64,000 nucleotides of DNA, from NCBI GenBank assembly GCA_030390025.1, contig JASTWF010000070.1, positions 806,001 to 870,000 of the forward strand, written 5' to 3'. The notes below the pieces were generated by a model that did no database searches, had not been told where the DNA came from, and saw only the letters and a list, made by a program, of their open reading frames with translations. A program made the translations under genes and the position numbers. The DNA is from Squalus acanthias. Taxonomy: Eukaryota. Numbering within the stretch: position 1 is the first letter of the stretch; the number at the start of each line of letters is the position of its first letter. This document shows positions 50,822 to 64,000 of this stretch, piece by piece.

Positions 50822-53800
50822 CTGTGTGTGGGGGGAGAGAAAATTCATTAGTTTATGGAATCCGTTAGCAGTGGGACGCTCTGATCTGAAATCAAAGACG
50901 CCAAAGAACCCCGAACAACATTCACTTTAAAGTAAATTACTGATTAATACAGGAGTTCCAATAAATTCTTAAATCTCTAATTCCTCTGCTCCTCTGCCAA
51001 TTCTTTGCCCTACATTACAACAGTGACTTGGTTCAAAAGTATTACATTGGTTGTAAAGCGCTTTGGGACGTCTTGAGGTCGTGAAAGGAGCTGTAGAAAT
51101 AAAAGTCTTCCTTTCGTTGTCACATTGCTTCAACAGAAAATGCTGGAAATACAGACCGGGACAGTCAGGATGTGTGTGGTGGAAAGATCAGTAACTGACC
51201 AGTTCAGGTGCAGGTTACATCCCCGGAACCGCACTAACCTGTCTGTTCCCGTTACAGACACTGACCGACCGGCCGTGTATTCCGAGCTTTTTCTATATTG
51301 ATTTGATTTCCTAAAATTGCAGTTTTTTCCTTTTTACTTGAATATAATAAAGCGTTTGATTGTCTTAAAATGCGGTCAGTGTTAACTTTAAGAAGAGATT
51401 GGATCGACTAGGCCTGTATTCACTTGAGTTCAGAAGAATGAGAGGCGATCTCATTGAAACGTATACAATTCTGACAGGGCTAGACAGACTGGATGCAGGG
51501 AGGTTTAGAACGAGGGGTCACCGTCTCAGGATACGGGGTAGGACATTTAGGACTGAGATGAGGAGAAATTTCTTCACTCCGAGGGTGATGAACCTGTGGA
51601 ATTCACTAACACAGACAGCTGTGGAGCCCGAGTCACTGATTTCCTTAAGAAGGAAATAGATAGATTTCTAGACACAAAAGCCATCAAGGGGTATGGGGTG
51701 AGAGCGGGAATGTGGTATTGAGATGAGGGATCAGCCATGATCATATTGAATGGCAGAGCAGGCTCGAGGGGCCGAATGGCCTACTCCTGCTCCTATTTTT
51801 CTATGTTCCTATGTTTCTCTGGCCAATAGCCAAGTCAGCGCGTCTATTGAAACCACTGTTTCAGATTTACCTCACCACCACCTCTCTCGATCCAGCCACT
51901 GTCTCTAAATTGTCACACTGCTTGTCCAACATCCAACACTGGATGAGCAGAAATTTACACCTACTAAATATTGGGAAGACCGAAGCCACTGTCTTTGTTC
52001 CCCGGCACAAATTCCGCTCCCTCGCCATGGACTCCATCCCTCTCCCTGTCAGAACCAGACTGTTCACAACCTTGTTGTCATATCTGACCCTGAGATGAAC
52101 TTCGGACCACATATCTGCACCATAACTAAGACTGCGTATTTCCACCTCTATAACATCGCCCATCACCGGTCTTGCCTCAGCTCATCTGCAGCTGAAACCC
52201 TCATCCGTGCCTTTGTGACCTCCAGACTTGAATAAATTCCAAAGCACTTCTGGCCGGCCTCCCACATTCCAGCCGACGTAAACTTGAGGTCATCCGAAAC
52301 TCGGCTTCCCGTGTCCTAATTCTAACCAATACCTGTTGAATCATCACCCCTGTGCGCGCTGAACTACATTGGCTCCCGTTTAGGCAACACCTCGATTTTA
52401 AATATCTCATCCTTGTTTTCAAATTCCTCCACGGCCTCACTATCCCTATCTCTGTAATTTCCTCCAGTCCCACAACCCTCCGAGATATCTGTGCTCCTCT
52501 AATTCTGGCCTATTGGACATCCCCAATTATAATCTCTCAACCATTGCCGGCTGTGCTTTCAGCTGCCAGTGCCCTAAGCTCTGGAAATCCCTCCCTGAAC
52601 CTCTCCACCTCCCTATCCCTCTCTCCTCCTCTAACACGCTCCTTAAAACCTACCTCTGTGACCAAGCTTTTGGTTATCTGCCCAAATATATGATTAGCTC
52701 TTACGTGGCTTGGAGTAATTTTTTTCGGAAAACGCTCTTGTGAAGCACCTTGCGACATTCACTACGTTAAAAGCGTGGTATAAATACCAGTTGTTGTTGT
52801 TGTTGGAGTTGGATCGGGACTTAAGGCAGGACTCACAGCAAACAGCCTATTTTACAGCAAACAAACTTTATTTGCTCAGCTAACAGAGTTTATTTAAGCA
52901 GCGCAGTATAGCAAACAGTCTACAGAGTCTATTTAAAAAGAATCTGTACGAACTACAGCAAATAGAATTCCTCACCCAAACTACAGCAACTCTCCCCCTC
53001 TCACTGTGTCTCTCTGACTCTCTCTTTCTCTCTCTCTCTCTGTCTCTCTCTCTTTCTCTCTCCCTCTGATAGCTCAGCAAACATGCGCAGGAAGTACAAT
53101 GCGACATAGTTTACAATTTTCTTTGATATTGTGATTCACACACATCTAAAAACTTCATCATGATTCAAGAAACAAAAATTGGGGAAAAAGTATCATTCAA
53201 TCAACAATGTTCGTGACAACAAATTTTTCAATTAAATGCAAGCAATGGTTACACACAAAACCATCATGAATTAATAGAAAGGTGTGTTTCGGCCATCAGG
53301 TAATGAAGGCTAACCGTATCCATTGGAAGTAAACCTTCCTTTACAAACACCAGTGATGCTAACGAACAAATTTCAGAAGAAAAGATCTCTGGAAAGTTCT
53401 CCTCAACTCCCTTACACCATCAAGCAAGCTCCAGCAGAACATGGTTAACAACAATTCCAGTTATACTTAACATACTTTCGACTTACTGCAATGTGTCATT
53501 ACTGGATATTTCTCAAATTGTGGAATGGAATAGATTTCTGCAACACTTTCTATTGCACAAGGTGTAGGGTGTCTTTAAACACACGCGTACCGATACCAGT
53601 AGGCATTCATTTATTGTGGATTGCATTTTATTCACAAGAACAATTTTTAGAAAACTTCTCCCAGGTATCATCGGAGGGGTTCAGGCCTTCCCAAGTATGG
53701 CCAGGTGTTGGTCGGTTCAGTAGTGGAATTTCTGTCCTCAAATGGCCTTGTGGTTGATATCTCTGTTTGGAGAGTGTGCAATTCAGCAGTTACAGAATAT

Positions 53801-56800
53801 AACTACCTCTCCTGCTCGCCTCTGAGTCAGAGGGTAGTGGGTTCAAGTCCCACTCCAGAGGCTTGAACACATAATCCAGGTTGATAACTGTCGGAGCTGC
53901 CGCCTTTCGGATGAGACGTTAAGCCGAGGCCCGATCTGCCCTCTCAGGTGGATGTAAAAGATCCCACGGCCACTATTTCGAAGAAGAGCTGGGATTCACC
54001 TGGTTAAAATGTATCCCTCAACCAACATCACTAAAACAGATTATCTGGAAACCATAACGTTGCTGTTTGTGGGAGCTTGCTGTGCGCAATATGGCTGCAG
54101 CGTTTCCTACATTACAACAGTGACTACACTTTAAAAGTACAGCCTTGTCTCTAAACGTTTTGGGACATCCTGAAATCTGGACTGGGAGTTGGACCCACAA
54201 ACTTCCAAGTCAAGAGGCCAGAGTGCTAGCAACTGCACCACTGCTAACACCTGAACATGTGGTGGTTTACTTATTCTACTTCAGTGTGAATCACGACTGT
54301 ACTCTGGGGAAGAACATGGTTTCCCAACCTTTATTTCAGAAATATAACAGGCGTGAACAAAACCTCTCAAGAAATAAGCAAAATTAATATCCCGTTAATC
54401 AATCCGTCCCGTTTACTTAATTAGCCTAAGGTACGTTGGTCAGAATGCACAGTACTCCGAATGGTGGGGCCTGGTTTTAATATACACTGAATGGAAACTC
54501 GCGACACAGCGCCCCTAGCGGCCAACATAAATATCTACTAAAATCAAGAAATTCTTTGAGGGACCTGATGGCCAATTAGGAGGTAGGCTGTTTGGACACA
54601 TATTTATCATATCCAGCATCTCGCTGGGATAAATTCTCTTCTCATTCCTAAAAATCATGACAGAATCGAATTACAAAATAACAGTTCATCAATTCCAGTG
54701 ATGAGGGACTTCAGTTACATGGATGGACTGGAGAAGCTGGGCTTGTTCTCCTTAGAGCAGAGAAGGTTGAGAGGAGATTTGATAGAGGTGTTCAAAATCG
54801 TGAGGAGTCTAGACAGAGTAGATATAGAGAAACTGTTCCCATTGGCAGAAGTCCGAGAACCAGAGGACGCGGATTTAAGGTGATTGGCAAAAAACAGAGG
54901 CGACATGAGGAAAAACCTCTTTACGCAGCGAGTGGTTAGGATCTGGAATGCACTGCCTGAAAGGGTGGTGGAGGCAGACCCAATCGTGGCTTTCAAAGGG
55001 GAATTGGAAAAGCATCTGAAGGAAAAAAATTTGCAGGGCTATGGGGAAAGGGCGTGGGGAGTGGGACGAGCAGATGTGATCCTGTGGAGAGCCGGCACGG
55101 GCTCGACGGGCCGAATGGCCTCCTTCTGTGCTGTAACCATTCTATGACTCTATGATTTTAAACTTCTAGTGCATTGTTCTATTTTAGGAAAACTTTTTTT
55201 AATTTGCTTGTGGCAAATTTCCAACAAACTGGTCACTAACTTGCTACAGTGGCACCAGTCAAGGCAAAAAGTGCAGAAAAATGCGACATCAGAAAGTCCT
55301 CGTTGTTTAAAGTTAGTTGCACACCGCCATCGTACTGATACACTGGATTATCTTTAGAATACGCTAAACGGTGTTTGAAAAAGCAATACATTCTACGTAA
55401 ATCCTGGCGAGTGCACAGAGATAGGAATATAGGAACAGGACGAGGCCATTCAGCTCCTCCAGCCTGTTCCGCCATTCAATGAGATCACGGCTGATCTGTA
55501 TCTTAACTCCATCTACCCACCCTGGTTCCATAACCCTTAATACCCTTACCCAACAAAAATCTATCAATCTCAGAGTTGAAATTATCAATTGAGCCCCAAC
55601 CTCAAGGCTTTTGCGGGGAGAGAGTTCGAGATTTCCACTGCAGTTTGTGTGAAGAAGTGCCTTCTGCCATCACCCCTGAACGGTCTGTCCCTAATTTTAA
55701 GTTCAGGATCCTGTTCTGGACTCCCCCCACCAGAGGAAATATTTTTTCTCTATCCAAAGGAGAGACATGTGAGTCAGACAGTGATGGGATCAAGTTTCGC
55801 TCCAGAGACTTGAGCACAAAAATCTAGGCTGACAATTCCAGTGCAGTATTGAGGGAGCGCTGCTCTGTCAGATCTGCCGAATTTCAGATCAACCACTAAA
55901 CTGTGCACAATTTTGGTCTGCTGTGCTAGGTTTTGGTCTCCTTATCTAAGGAAGTATATACTTGCCTTGGAGGCGGTGCAACGAAGGTTCACTACATTGA
56001 TTCCTGGGATGAGAGGGCTGTCCTATGAGGAGAGATTGTGTAGAATGGGCCTATACTCTCTGGAGTTTAGATGAATGAGAGGGGATCTCATTGAAACATA
56101 CAAGATTCTGAAGGGGATTGACAGGGTAGATGCTGAGAGTTTCCCCTGGCTAGAGTGTTAAGAACTAGGGGGCATAGTCTCAGGATAAGGGGTCGGCCAT
56201 TTAAGACCGAGATGAGGAGGAATTTCTTCACTCAGAGGGTTGTGAATCTTTGGAATTTTCTACCCCAGAGGGCTGTGGATGATCAGTCTTTGAGTATATT
56301 CAAGGCTGAGATAGATATATTTTTGGACTCTAGGGGAATCAAAGGATATGGAGGAGGGCGGGAAAGTGGAGTTGAGGTCGATGATCAGACATGATCTTAT
56401 TGAATGTAGGAGCAGGCTTGAGGGGCCGTATGGCCGTCTCCTGCTCTTATTTCTTACGTTCTTATGAGGCCCATGAGGAGGTCAATCAATGAGATCACGG
56501 CTGATCTGTACCTTAAATCCATCTACCCGCCCTGGTTCCTTAACTCTTAATCCCCTTACCCAATAAAAATCTATCAATCTCAGTTTTGAAATTTTCAATT
56601 GACCCCCAGCCTCAACGCTTTTTAAGAGAGAGAGTTCCAGATTTGCAATGCCCATTGTGTGAAGAACTGCTTCCCGATATCACCACTGAACGGCCTGGCT
56701 CTAATTTTAAGGTTATGCCCCCTTGTTCTGGATTCCTCCCACCAGGGGAATGTTTTTCAATCTATTTAAAGGAGAGACAGCTGTGGCCGAGTTGGTAGCA

Positions 56801-57329
56801 CCTTCGGCTTTGAGTCACAAGTTTGTGTGTTAAAGTCTCATTCTAGAGACTTGAGCACAACAATCTAGGCCGACGCTCCCAGTGCAGTATTGAGGGAGCG
56901 CTGCACTGTCAGAGCTGCCGTATTTCAGATGAGGCATTAAACTGAGGCCCTGTCTGCCCTCTCAGTTTGACGTAAAAGATGCAATGGCAATATTTCAAGA
57001 AAACGCAGGGGAGTTCACCCTGGAGTCCTGGCCAATATTTATCCCTCAAACAGCATCACTAGAAAACAAATGATCTTGTCATTATTACATTGGTCTTTGT
57101 GGGAGCTTGCTGTGTGCAAATTGGCTGCTGCGTTTCCTACACTACATCAGTGACCACACCTCAGAAAGTACTTCATTGGCTGTAAAGCGCGTTGGGACGT
57201 CCGGTGGTGGTGAAAGGCGCTATAGAAATGCAAGTCTGTCTATTTTCTATCAACTTTAATAATCTTAAGCTCCTTAGTTTGAGATAGTTTAGGTGTTTGT
57301 TGAGAGTCTCTGTGGCTTTACATTGCAAG

Positions 57330-57483
57330 TTAAGTTACAGTTTCCACCTGCTGTGGATTCTTTCGTAAATCTGATAGAACCCATTCGAGTTCGCGTCTCT
57401 TTCCCGCCTTCTTTTTTGATGACATTTTCAATGCAGCAACATCCAACGATGTGTCGAGTCTGGTCACGCGGGCCGCCCCGAGC
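57330..57483 (-). pseudogene. Duplicate of the degenerate terminal exon
   Basis: Copy of 8350-8503. Confidence 0.65.
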
Positions 57484-58379
57484 CTGGAAAACATATTAAA
57501 ACAGGGAAATATATTGATATTTAAATCATGTTTATATCAGTTTACTCGTTCTCCATAAGATACGGGACTGGCTTCCTGTTTATAGGCAACAGTAGACGGA
57601 CATTACTCATAAATAATCTCAAATTAGAAACCAACAAGATTATTTTAAAAATCAAATTAACCATTCAGTCAACTGCACAGTTTGATTGGTTGACACGTCG
57701 AACTAATCCAATCAGCCGTTTCATCATGCGCCATCTGCTAGGAGAAGTGTTTCCAGGGTCAAGGGGCATAGTTCCGAATAATGGCCCCAGGTCATTGTTT
57801 TAAGAGAATGGAAACCGCTGCTATGGCGCCCCTACCGTCAAGCGAAGAGTCTGCCTGGGACCTCAATGGAAAAGCTGTTTGCCTGTTCGGAGGGCCAAGC
57901 TCGCTGCTTGGTGGTGGAGAAAGATAGCAGCAGCGTCTCGTTATAGCACACAGAAACGTACAGATACAAAAACACATACACACAAACACAAACACACTTA
58001 CATACACACAAACACATACACACACTTACATTCACACATAATTACAAACACATACACACAAATATACACACAAATACATACACTCACAAACATACGCCTA
58101 GAAGGACAAGGGCAGCAGGCGTATGGAAACACCACCACCTCCAAGTTCCCCTCCAAGTCACAACTCATCCTGACTTGGAAATATATCGCCCGTCCCTTCA
58201 TCGTCACTGGGTCAAAATCCTGGAACTCCCACCCTAACAGCGCTGCGGGAGCACCTTCACCACACGGACTGCAGCGGTTCAAGAAGACGGCTCACCATCA
58301 CTTTTCCAAAGGCAACTAGGGATGCGCAATAAATGCCGGCCTTGCCAGCGATGCCCACATCCTGTGAATAAAGTGAAAT

Positions 58380-58418
<39 letters not shown>

Positions 58419-59294
58419 TCGGCACATATACACACACACAGACACACACACACACACAGACACGCACAAATATAAAAACAGACTCACCCACATATAAACA
58501 CAGACATACACACGCACATAAATACATTCTTAAGCCTTGTATATCGACTTAGCATGGAGGCCATTTAGCAACATAGTTTCAGTTATCTTCACAATTATCC
58601 AGGAATTTCGTCGCATTTCTGCATCTCTATAATAAATGCTGTGCCCAAAGTATTAAAATCAGTCACCGCACCAGGGCGGGAGTAGGGGGCGACCTCGACT
58701 CCCTGTAGAAATAATAAATCTGGGTATCTGAAATACAAACTTAAACTGCTGGAATGACACTGCGGATGAGTGTCTGTCGAAGGCATTATGCCCGAAACAT
58801 TAACTGATCATTCCTGTCAGTAGATACCACTGCGGTTGATGGATTCGCTCTATTTCCATTCGGAGCGATAACGGGGATTGGATGGAAATTAAGATGACGT
58901 AGACCGCGGTCTGCTCTCTGTTCACGGGGCGAAACATTCCTTTGAAGCTAAAACTGTACGCGATCAAAATATGAAACAAGCATTAATTCTGGTAAATCCT
59001 TGGTCACGTGCCATACATATTGAGAATAGAATTGTGGGATGGTCTTTGAATCAATCTTAAAAGAACATGGAAAATTTTAAAAATATACCATTGAAATCGG
59101 AGTTGGGTGTTGACTGATTTTGGCACAGTGTTAAATGCAGTGTGACTGTTACTGATGAAAAATGATACAGTTACTTACTTTTCCTTGTGGGTCTCTTGAC
59201 TCGTTCTTCTGAAACAATTAACTGTAATTCGCATTGAAGAAACATTTATTAAAATAGTCCCGATCAACATCAATTCTCTCCTGATCTGCCGCTG

Positions 59295-59383
59295 TTATGA
59301 TTTCAAAATGGAAATGAGGATCAATACTCGAACCAGGATCACCGAGACAGTTATTGCAATGGGAAGGGTCGGAATACACCACC
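59295..59383 (-). CDS. Second orphan Arg-containing TM exon (GWCIPTLPIAITVSVILVRVLILISILKS*); mini-exon at 59179-59208
   Basis: Copy of 10325-10413; Arg and stop both retained. Confidence 0.6.
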
Positions 59384-61994
59384 CTACAGAGAGAAACACT
59401 TAGAAAATGCTGCTGGGTCAAGCTTTATTTTCTGGGGTTCTCTGATTAGAAACTTGACCCAGTCACAATGGAGGAGCATCAAACCCGGGGTGTGAAAGGA
59501 GAAACCAGCGATTGCGATTAATATTGGACGAGTAAAAACACATAATGGAATAAATTGCGCTATGTTTGGTGTTTGGGGCAAGTTGAAAGACAGGACTCAA
59601 CAAATATAATTCAGCTAAAAGATGTACTTACAGCGGAGAGTTACTATCAACAGTATATTACGCGTAAACTGCTAGGCACTATGTAAACACCCTGACAAAA
59701 TTGTGTTTCAAAAATTAACAAATGAAGTAATTAGCATTAACATGTCGGACTTAGACATCTCTCTCTCTATCTAGCTGTCTCCTTACCTATCTATCTATCC
59801 TTATCTTTCTATCTCCAACTCTATCGATATATATCACCATCTCTATCTCTGTCTCTAACTCAATCCCTATCTCCATCTTCATCTCTATCTTTATATCTGT
59901 CTCTATCTTAATCGCTATCTCCAGGCCTTTATCTCCGTCTATCTCTATCTCTATATCTCGCTATTTTCATGATCTCTGTCTACATCTGTATCGCTATATC
60001 TAACCTCGAAGAGTTTGAAATAACCCAATCTTTGTGAAGCCTCATAAACAGAGCGTGATGTTGCAGCCAATTGGTGATCTCAACAATACAAACTGATTCA
60101 AATGAAAATAGCTCTCTTGAGCAAACTGAGCGGGGTTATAGTTTTACAAAAGGAAAATTAAAGAAAGCGGATGTAGTTGGGCCTCCTCCAATGCCAGTAG
60201 TCCCACACTATCAATCAAGTCGAAGCATTTCCGAGCATTAACTCATTTCTGATGAGAAAATCAGTAAACTTATTTTTTATGACAAACTTAAAATTAAGAA
60301 ATCCAACCGGGAATTCAGGAGAAACTTCTTTACCCAGAAAGTGGTGAGAATGTGGAACTCGCTACCACAGGGAGTGGTTGAGGCGAATAGTATAGATGGA
60401 TTTAAGGGGAAGCTAGATAAACACGTGAGGGAGAAAGGAATAGAAGGATATGCTGATGGGGTGAGATGGAGAGGGGTGGGAGGAGGCTCGTGTGGAGCAT
60501 AAACACCGGCACGGACCAGTTGGGCCGAATGGCCTGTGTCTGTGCTGCACATTCTGTGTAATTCTATGGAAGGCGCCTATGGAACCTTTGTCAAGTGTTG
60601 CCATCTTCAGAAGAATGAAGCGGTATGGAAACTGGCAGATAAGAGAAAGTTACATCAATTTTAATTTTAGGATGAATTTCTGGTAGAACTGGTTTTGAGT
60701 TGAGCAGACCATTTAGTACCTCACTGAATTTCTGAACAGTGATGCGCAAATGCCTGACCTCAACTGACAAAGAAGCGAGCCTGAGCTTGAAGCAGAGAGG
60801 GGGCAGCTCCTTGGCAGCGAAGAGGCGCTTTGACTGTGACCGCGCCTGTTGCTCTGAATACCACAGATCTCGCTGCTCGGGCCGCTTGCGAAGAGATGTG
60901 CAAAGTGCAGCGAGTTGTGGAGACGGCTGGCCGAGATTCTGACTTGAGCTGGAAAATAATGGCCGAGCTAGAAGCTCTCTGTGGTTTTCCTGTTTCTGCA
61001 GATTAGCCGCCCACACACAGAAAGGTCAAACAGTGAGGCACCATGTTCAACCGCACACAGAAGACAGTTGTCACTCAGGGTAGATTCAACTGAACAGAGA
61101 GCAGACTCGAGTTCATTGACCACATTTACAGCCTCCCCTTCCATGTGACACCGCGTCCTGTTTACCTACATTGCCCAGTGTTTGCACAGGAGTAATTGAT
61201 CCTATTCTGACCCTCAATATCATTCATTAAATATCCTCTCCCTCCACCACCGGCGCACCGTGGCTGCAGTGTGTACTATCTCCATACAAGATGCACTGCA
61301 GCAACTCACCAAGGCTTCTCCGACAGCAACTCCCAAACCCGCGACCTCTACCGCCTAGAAGAACAAGGACAGCAGGCGCATGGTAACACCATCACCTTCA
61401 ATTTCCCCGCTCGAAGTCACACACAGCATCCTGACTTCGACAAATATTGGCCGTTCCTTCATCGTCGCTGGGTCAAAATGCTGGAACCTCCTCGGTAACA
61501 GCGCTGTGGGAGCACTTCCACCTCACGGGACTGCAGCGGTTCAAGTAGGAAGTCCACCACCACATTCTCAAGGGCAACTAGGGATGGGCAATAAATGCCG
61601 GCCTTGCCAGCGCCGCCGACATCCCGTGAATGAATTAAATACAATTATCAACTTTAACTGCCAAAATTAAAATTCAGAAGAATGACAAATGCACACCTCT
61701 ATACCATGACCTTTCTGTCACCCTCTCCAAACTTTAATCAAAAGCTCTTTATAGCCACTCTGCATTTTGCATTAGACTGACCGCTATGACGCACAGACGC
61801 TGCCCACATGTAAAATGCACGAGGCGTGGGATCCAACAAGATACTGCATCTAAAGGCTTATAGCGGAATAGTTTCCACCGTATCTGAAGGGGGTGTAACC
61901 AACTGTGTGTGCGCTCGGGTCACTCGGCGCCCACTCCGAATGCAGAATGCTGAGAGCGAGCATGGGAATAACGGAGCACGGTTCCGGCCTCAAG

Positions 61995-62049
61995 ATGTTC
62001 AAGGCAGCTTTTTCCCTGATCCTCATTGTCCACGTGTTCTGGCCTAACG
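61995..62049 (+). CDS. Gene A' leader exon
   Basis: Copy of 13027-13081, intact. Confidence 0.85.
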
Positions 62050-62681
62050 GTGAGTGAGACACGGTTCCAATCTCCTAAATGGAATCAGTCAAAAACTAGA
62101 AACAATGGACTGTGTTTACTAAGTTGAAAATGTGACCGGGCTAACAACTTTTGGGCTGATATTTTCTCCCCCTCCCTATCTCTGTAACCACCTCCAGCCC
62201 TGCAACCCTCCGAGATGTCGGCGCTCCTCCAATTCTGCCCTCTTGCGCAACCCCGATTTCCATCGCTCCAGCATTGGCGGCCGATCCTTCAGCTGCCTGA
62301 GCTCCAAGCTCTGAAATTCCCTCCCTAAACCTCTCCGCCTCTCTCTCCTCCTTTAAGACGTTCCTTAGCACTTGGTTCTTTGGCAAAGCTTTTGGTCACC
62401 TGTCGTAATATCTCTTTCTGTGGCTCGGTGTCAAATTTATGTAAAGCGCCTGGAGTCCTTTAATTACGTTAAAGGTCCTGTATCAAAGAAAGTTGTGATT
62501 GAAATGTTGGTTTACTTTCTGGTCCTTCTATAAGGCAAGTAAAGGCAAACTACAGAATGGATATAACAAGCAATAACTGAAGACAATAATGATGCTGTTC
62601 TTAAATTACAGGCGCGGTGTTTCAACGCGGTTTCATTCTATCGCTCAATAATCAGTTCTAATGTAACAATAATCCCTCTAG

Positions 62682-63014
62682 TTGCAGAATCCCAGCCCTT
62701 TCTGTCTCGGAGCCCCTTCACAGTGACAGCCGGAGTCGGCCAGTCGGTTGAATTTGAATGTCACCAGATTTCTAAAGTGTATTTGGTGAATAGCTATTTC
62801 TGGTACAAGCAGCGTGTGGGTGAAGCCCCGAGACTAATCGATATCCCATCCTGTAATCGGACCGATTGCAAGTTTACTTCTAAAAAAGGACACGCCAAAT
62901 CTATACTGATCCTGGAAATCCGCAATGTACAGGTGGCTGACACCGGCTCCTATTACTGTGCTGCTAGGGTTGGCTATGCACCGCTCCGGAATGGAACCAC
63001 ACTGCTGGTTGGAG
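62682..63014 (+). CDS. Gene A' VJ-type V exon
   Basis: Intact; FECHQISKVY..WYKQ..YYCAARVGYAPLRNGTTLLVG. Confidence 0.9.
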
Positions 63015-63104
63015 GTAAGAGCAAAACCAAGTTGAATTCAGACCATGTACAGTAATATCATTCGGTGTAAACTCAGAGTTAACTGTGTCCCAATCCCTGT
63101 CCAG

Positions 63105-63419
63105 ACAGTTCCATGCCGACTGTGATGGTGTTTGCTCCGCCGGGGGAGCCGCATTTTAGGGACACCGTCCCCTTGGTGTGTTTGGTCACTGGCGTCTCCT
63201 CGAACCAGATTGCTATTTACTGGAACGTTACCGGACAGTTGACCGAGGGACGGAGCGATTCCGGTACACTGGACCCGAACGGGACCTACAGCATCAGAAG
63301 CCATGTGATGGTCTCGGGGGAAGCCTGGAGAAGCGGCGGGGTCTGCACCTGTATTGCTGAACTGGGTTCCAAGGGCAAATCTTGGGCCAAGAGCGTGTCA
63401 CGCCCCAAAATAGTGGCAG
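63105..63419 (+). CDS. Gene A' C1 exon (TM and tail exons expected beyond the window)
   Basis: Intact paralog of 14130-14444. Confidence 0.9.
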
Positions 63420-64000
63420 GTGAGTCGGTGATCTGTAAGGCGAAGGTCAGTATTCAGCTTTAGCTTCAGTTGGAATAGTGTACTCGCTCCTAAGCGCCTG
63501 AAGTCTGTAAATAAAGCAACACCACAGGATGAGCATGAATATCTATATATCAAGAGAATAGTGCGTTCAGTCTGTTATAAAATATATTGAAATAAGCTAC
63601 GGTTACCCTCAGTCCCAGGTCTTCTAAATACTTTCTCCGCTCTTGGCTGACTTTAGATTTCTGCGGGTCATCTAAGAATCAAAGAATGATACAGCACAGA
63701 AGGAGGTCATTCGGCCCATCGTGCCTGTGCCGGCTCTTTGAAAGAGCTCTCCAATTAATCCCAATCCGCCCCTGCTCTTTCTCCACAGTCCTTGCAAAAT
63801 GTTCCCCTTCAAGAATTTATCGGACTCCCTTTTGAAAGTTATTAGTGAATCAGCTTCCACCGGCCTTTCAGGCAACGCATCCTGGAATGGATTGAAATGA
63901 ACGCGCTTTCTGTACTGAAACTAGTCTCAAGATGCAGTGAAATAGTTGGCTGAACGCGTCTGCTGGGATCAGACGCTCGCTCATTTCCACCGTTTATTTT

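Larger units (their letters stand above)
51392..64000 (+). repeat. Segmental duplication copy 2 (of ~2352-15030), running off the window end
   Basis: Colinear high identity with copy 1. Confidence 0.95.

Overview
This is repeat-rich vertebrate DNA, almost certainly from a cartilaginous fish: it carries CR1/L2 LINEs, SacSINE1-like DeuSINEs, Penelope and Harbinger remnants, and an NS5/type I 'sigma-cart'-like Ig light chain. The window is an immune gene cluster. It holds one germline-joined IgL cluster (octamer promoter, leader, fused VJ, frameshifted C) and a second, orphan but intact IgL C exon. These are interleaved with a family of non-rearranging antigen-receptor-like genes built as leader / VJ-type V exon / ~90-bp intron / C1 exon / TM exon / cytoplasmic exons. 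Gene A (+, 13027-19713) ends in an ITIM (ILYASL). Gene B (-, 24889-32019) ends in TLYAHL and has a 1-nt frameshift in C1. Gene A' (+, from 61995) is a recent duplicate of A. Two orphan inverted TM modules carry an intramembrane Arg, stop just after the TM and have lost the ITIM, the pattern of activating partners in paired receptor families. The block ~2350-15030 is repeated at ~51390-64000. Several Penelope-type minimal hammerhead ribozyme motifs are present, including a TSD-flanked 120-bp palindrome. All exon structures were read by eye from splice sites and reading phase; no database searches were run.
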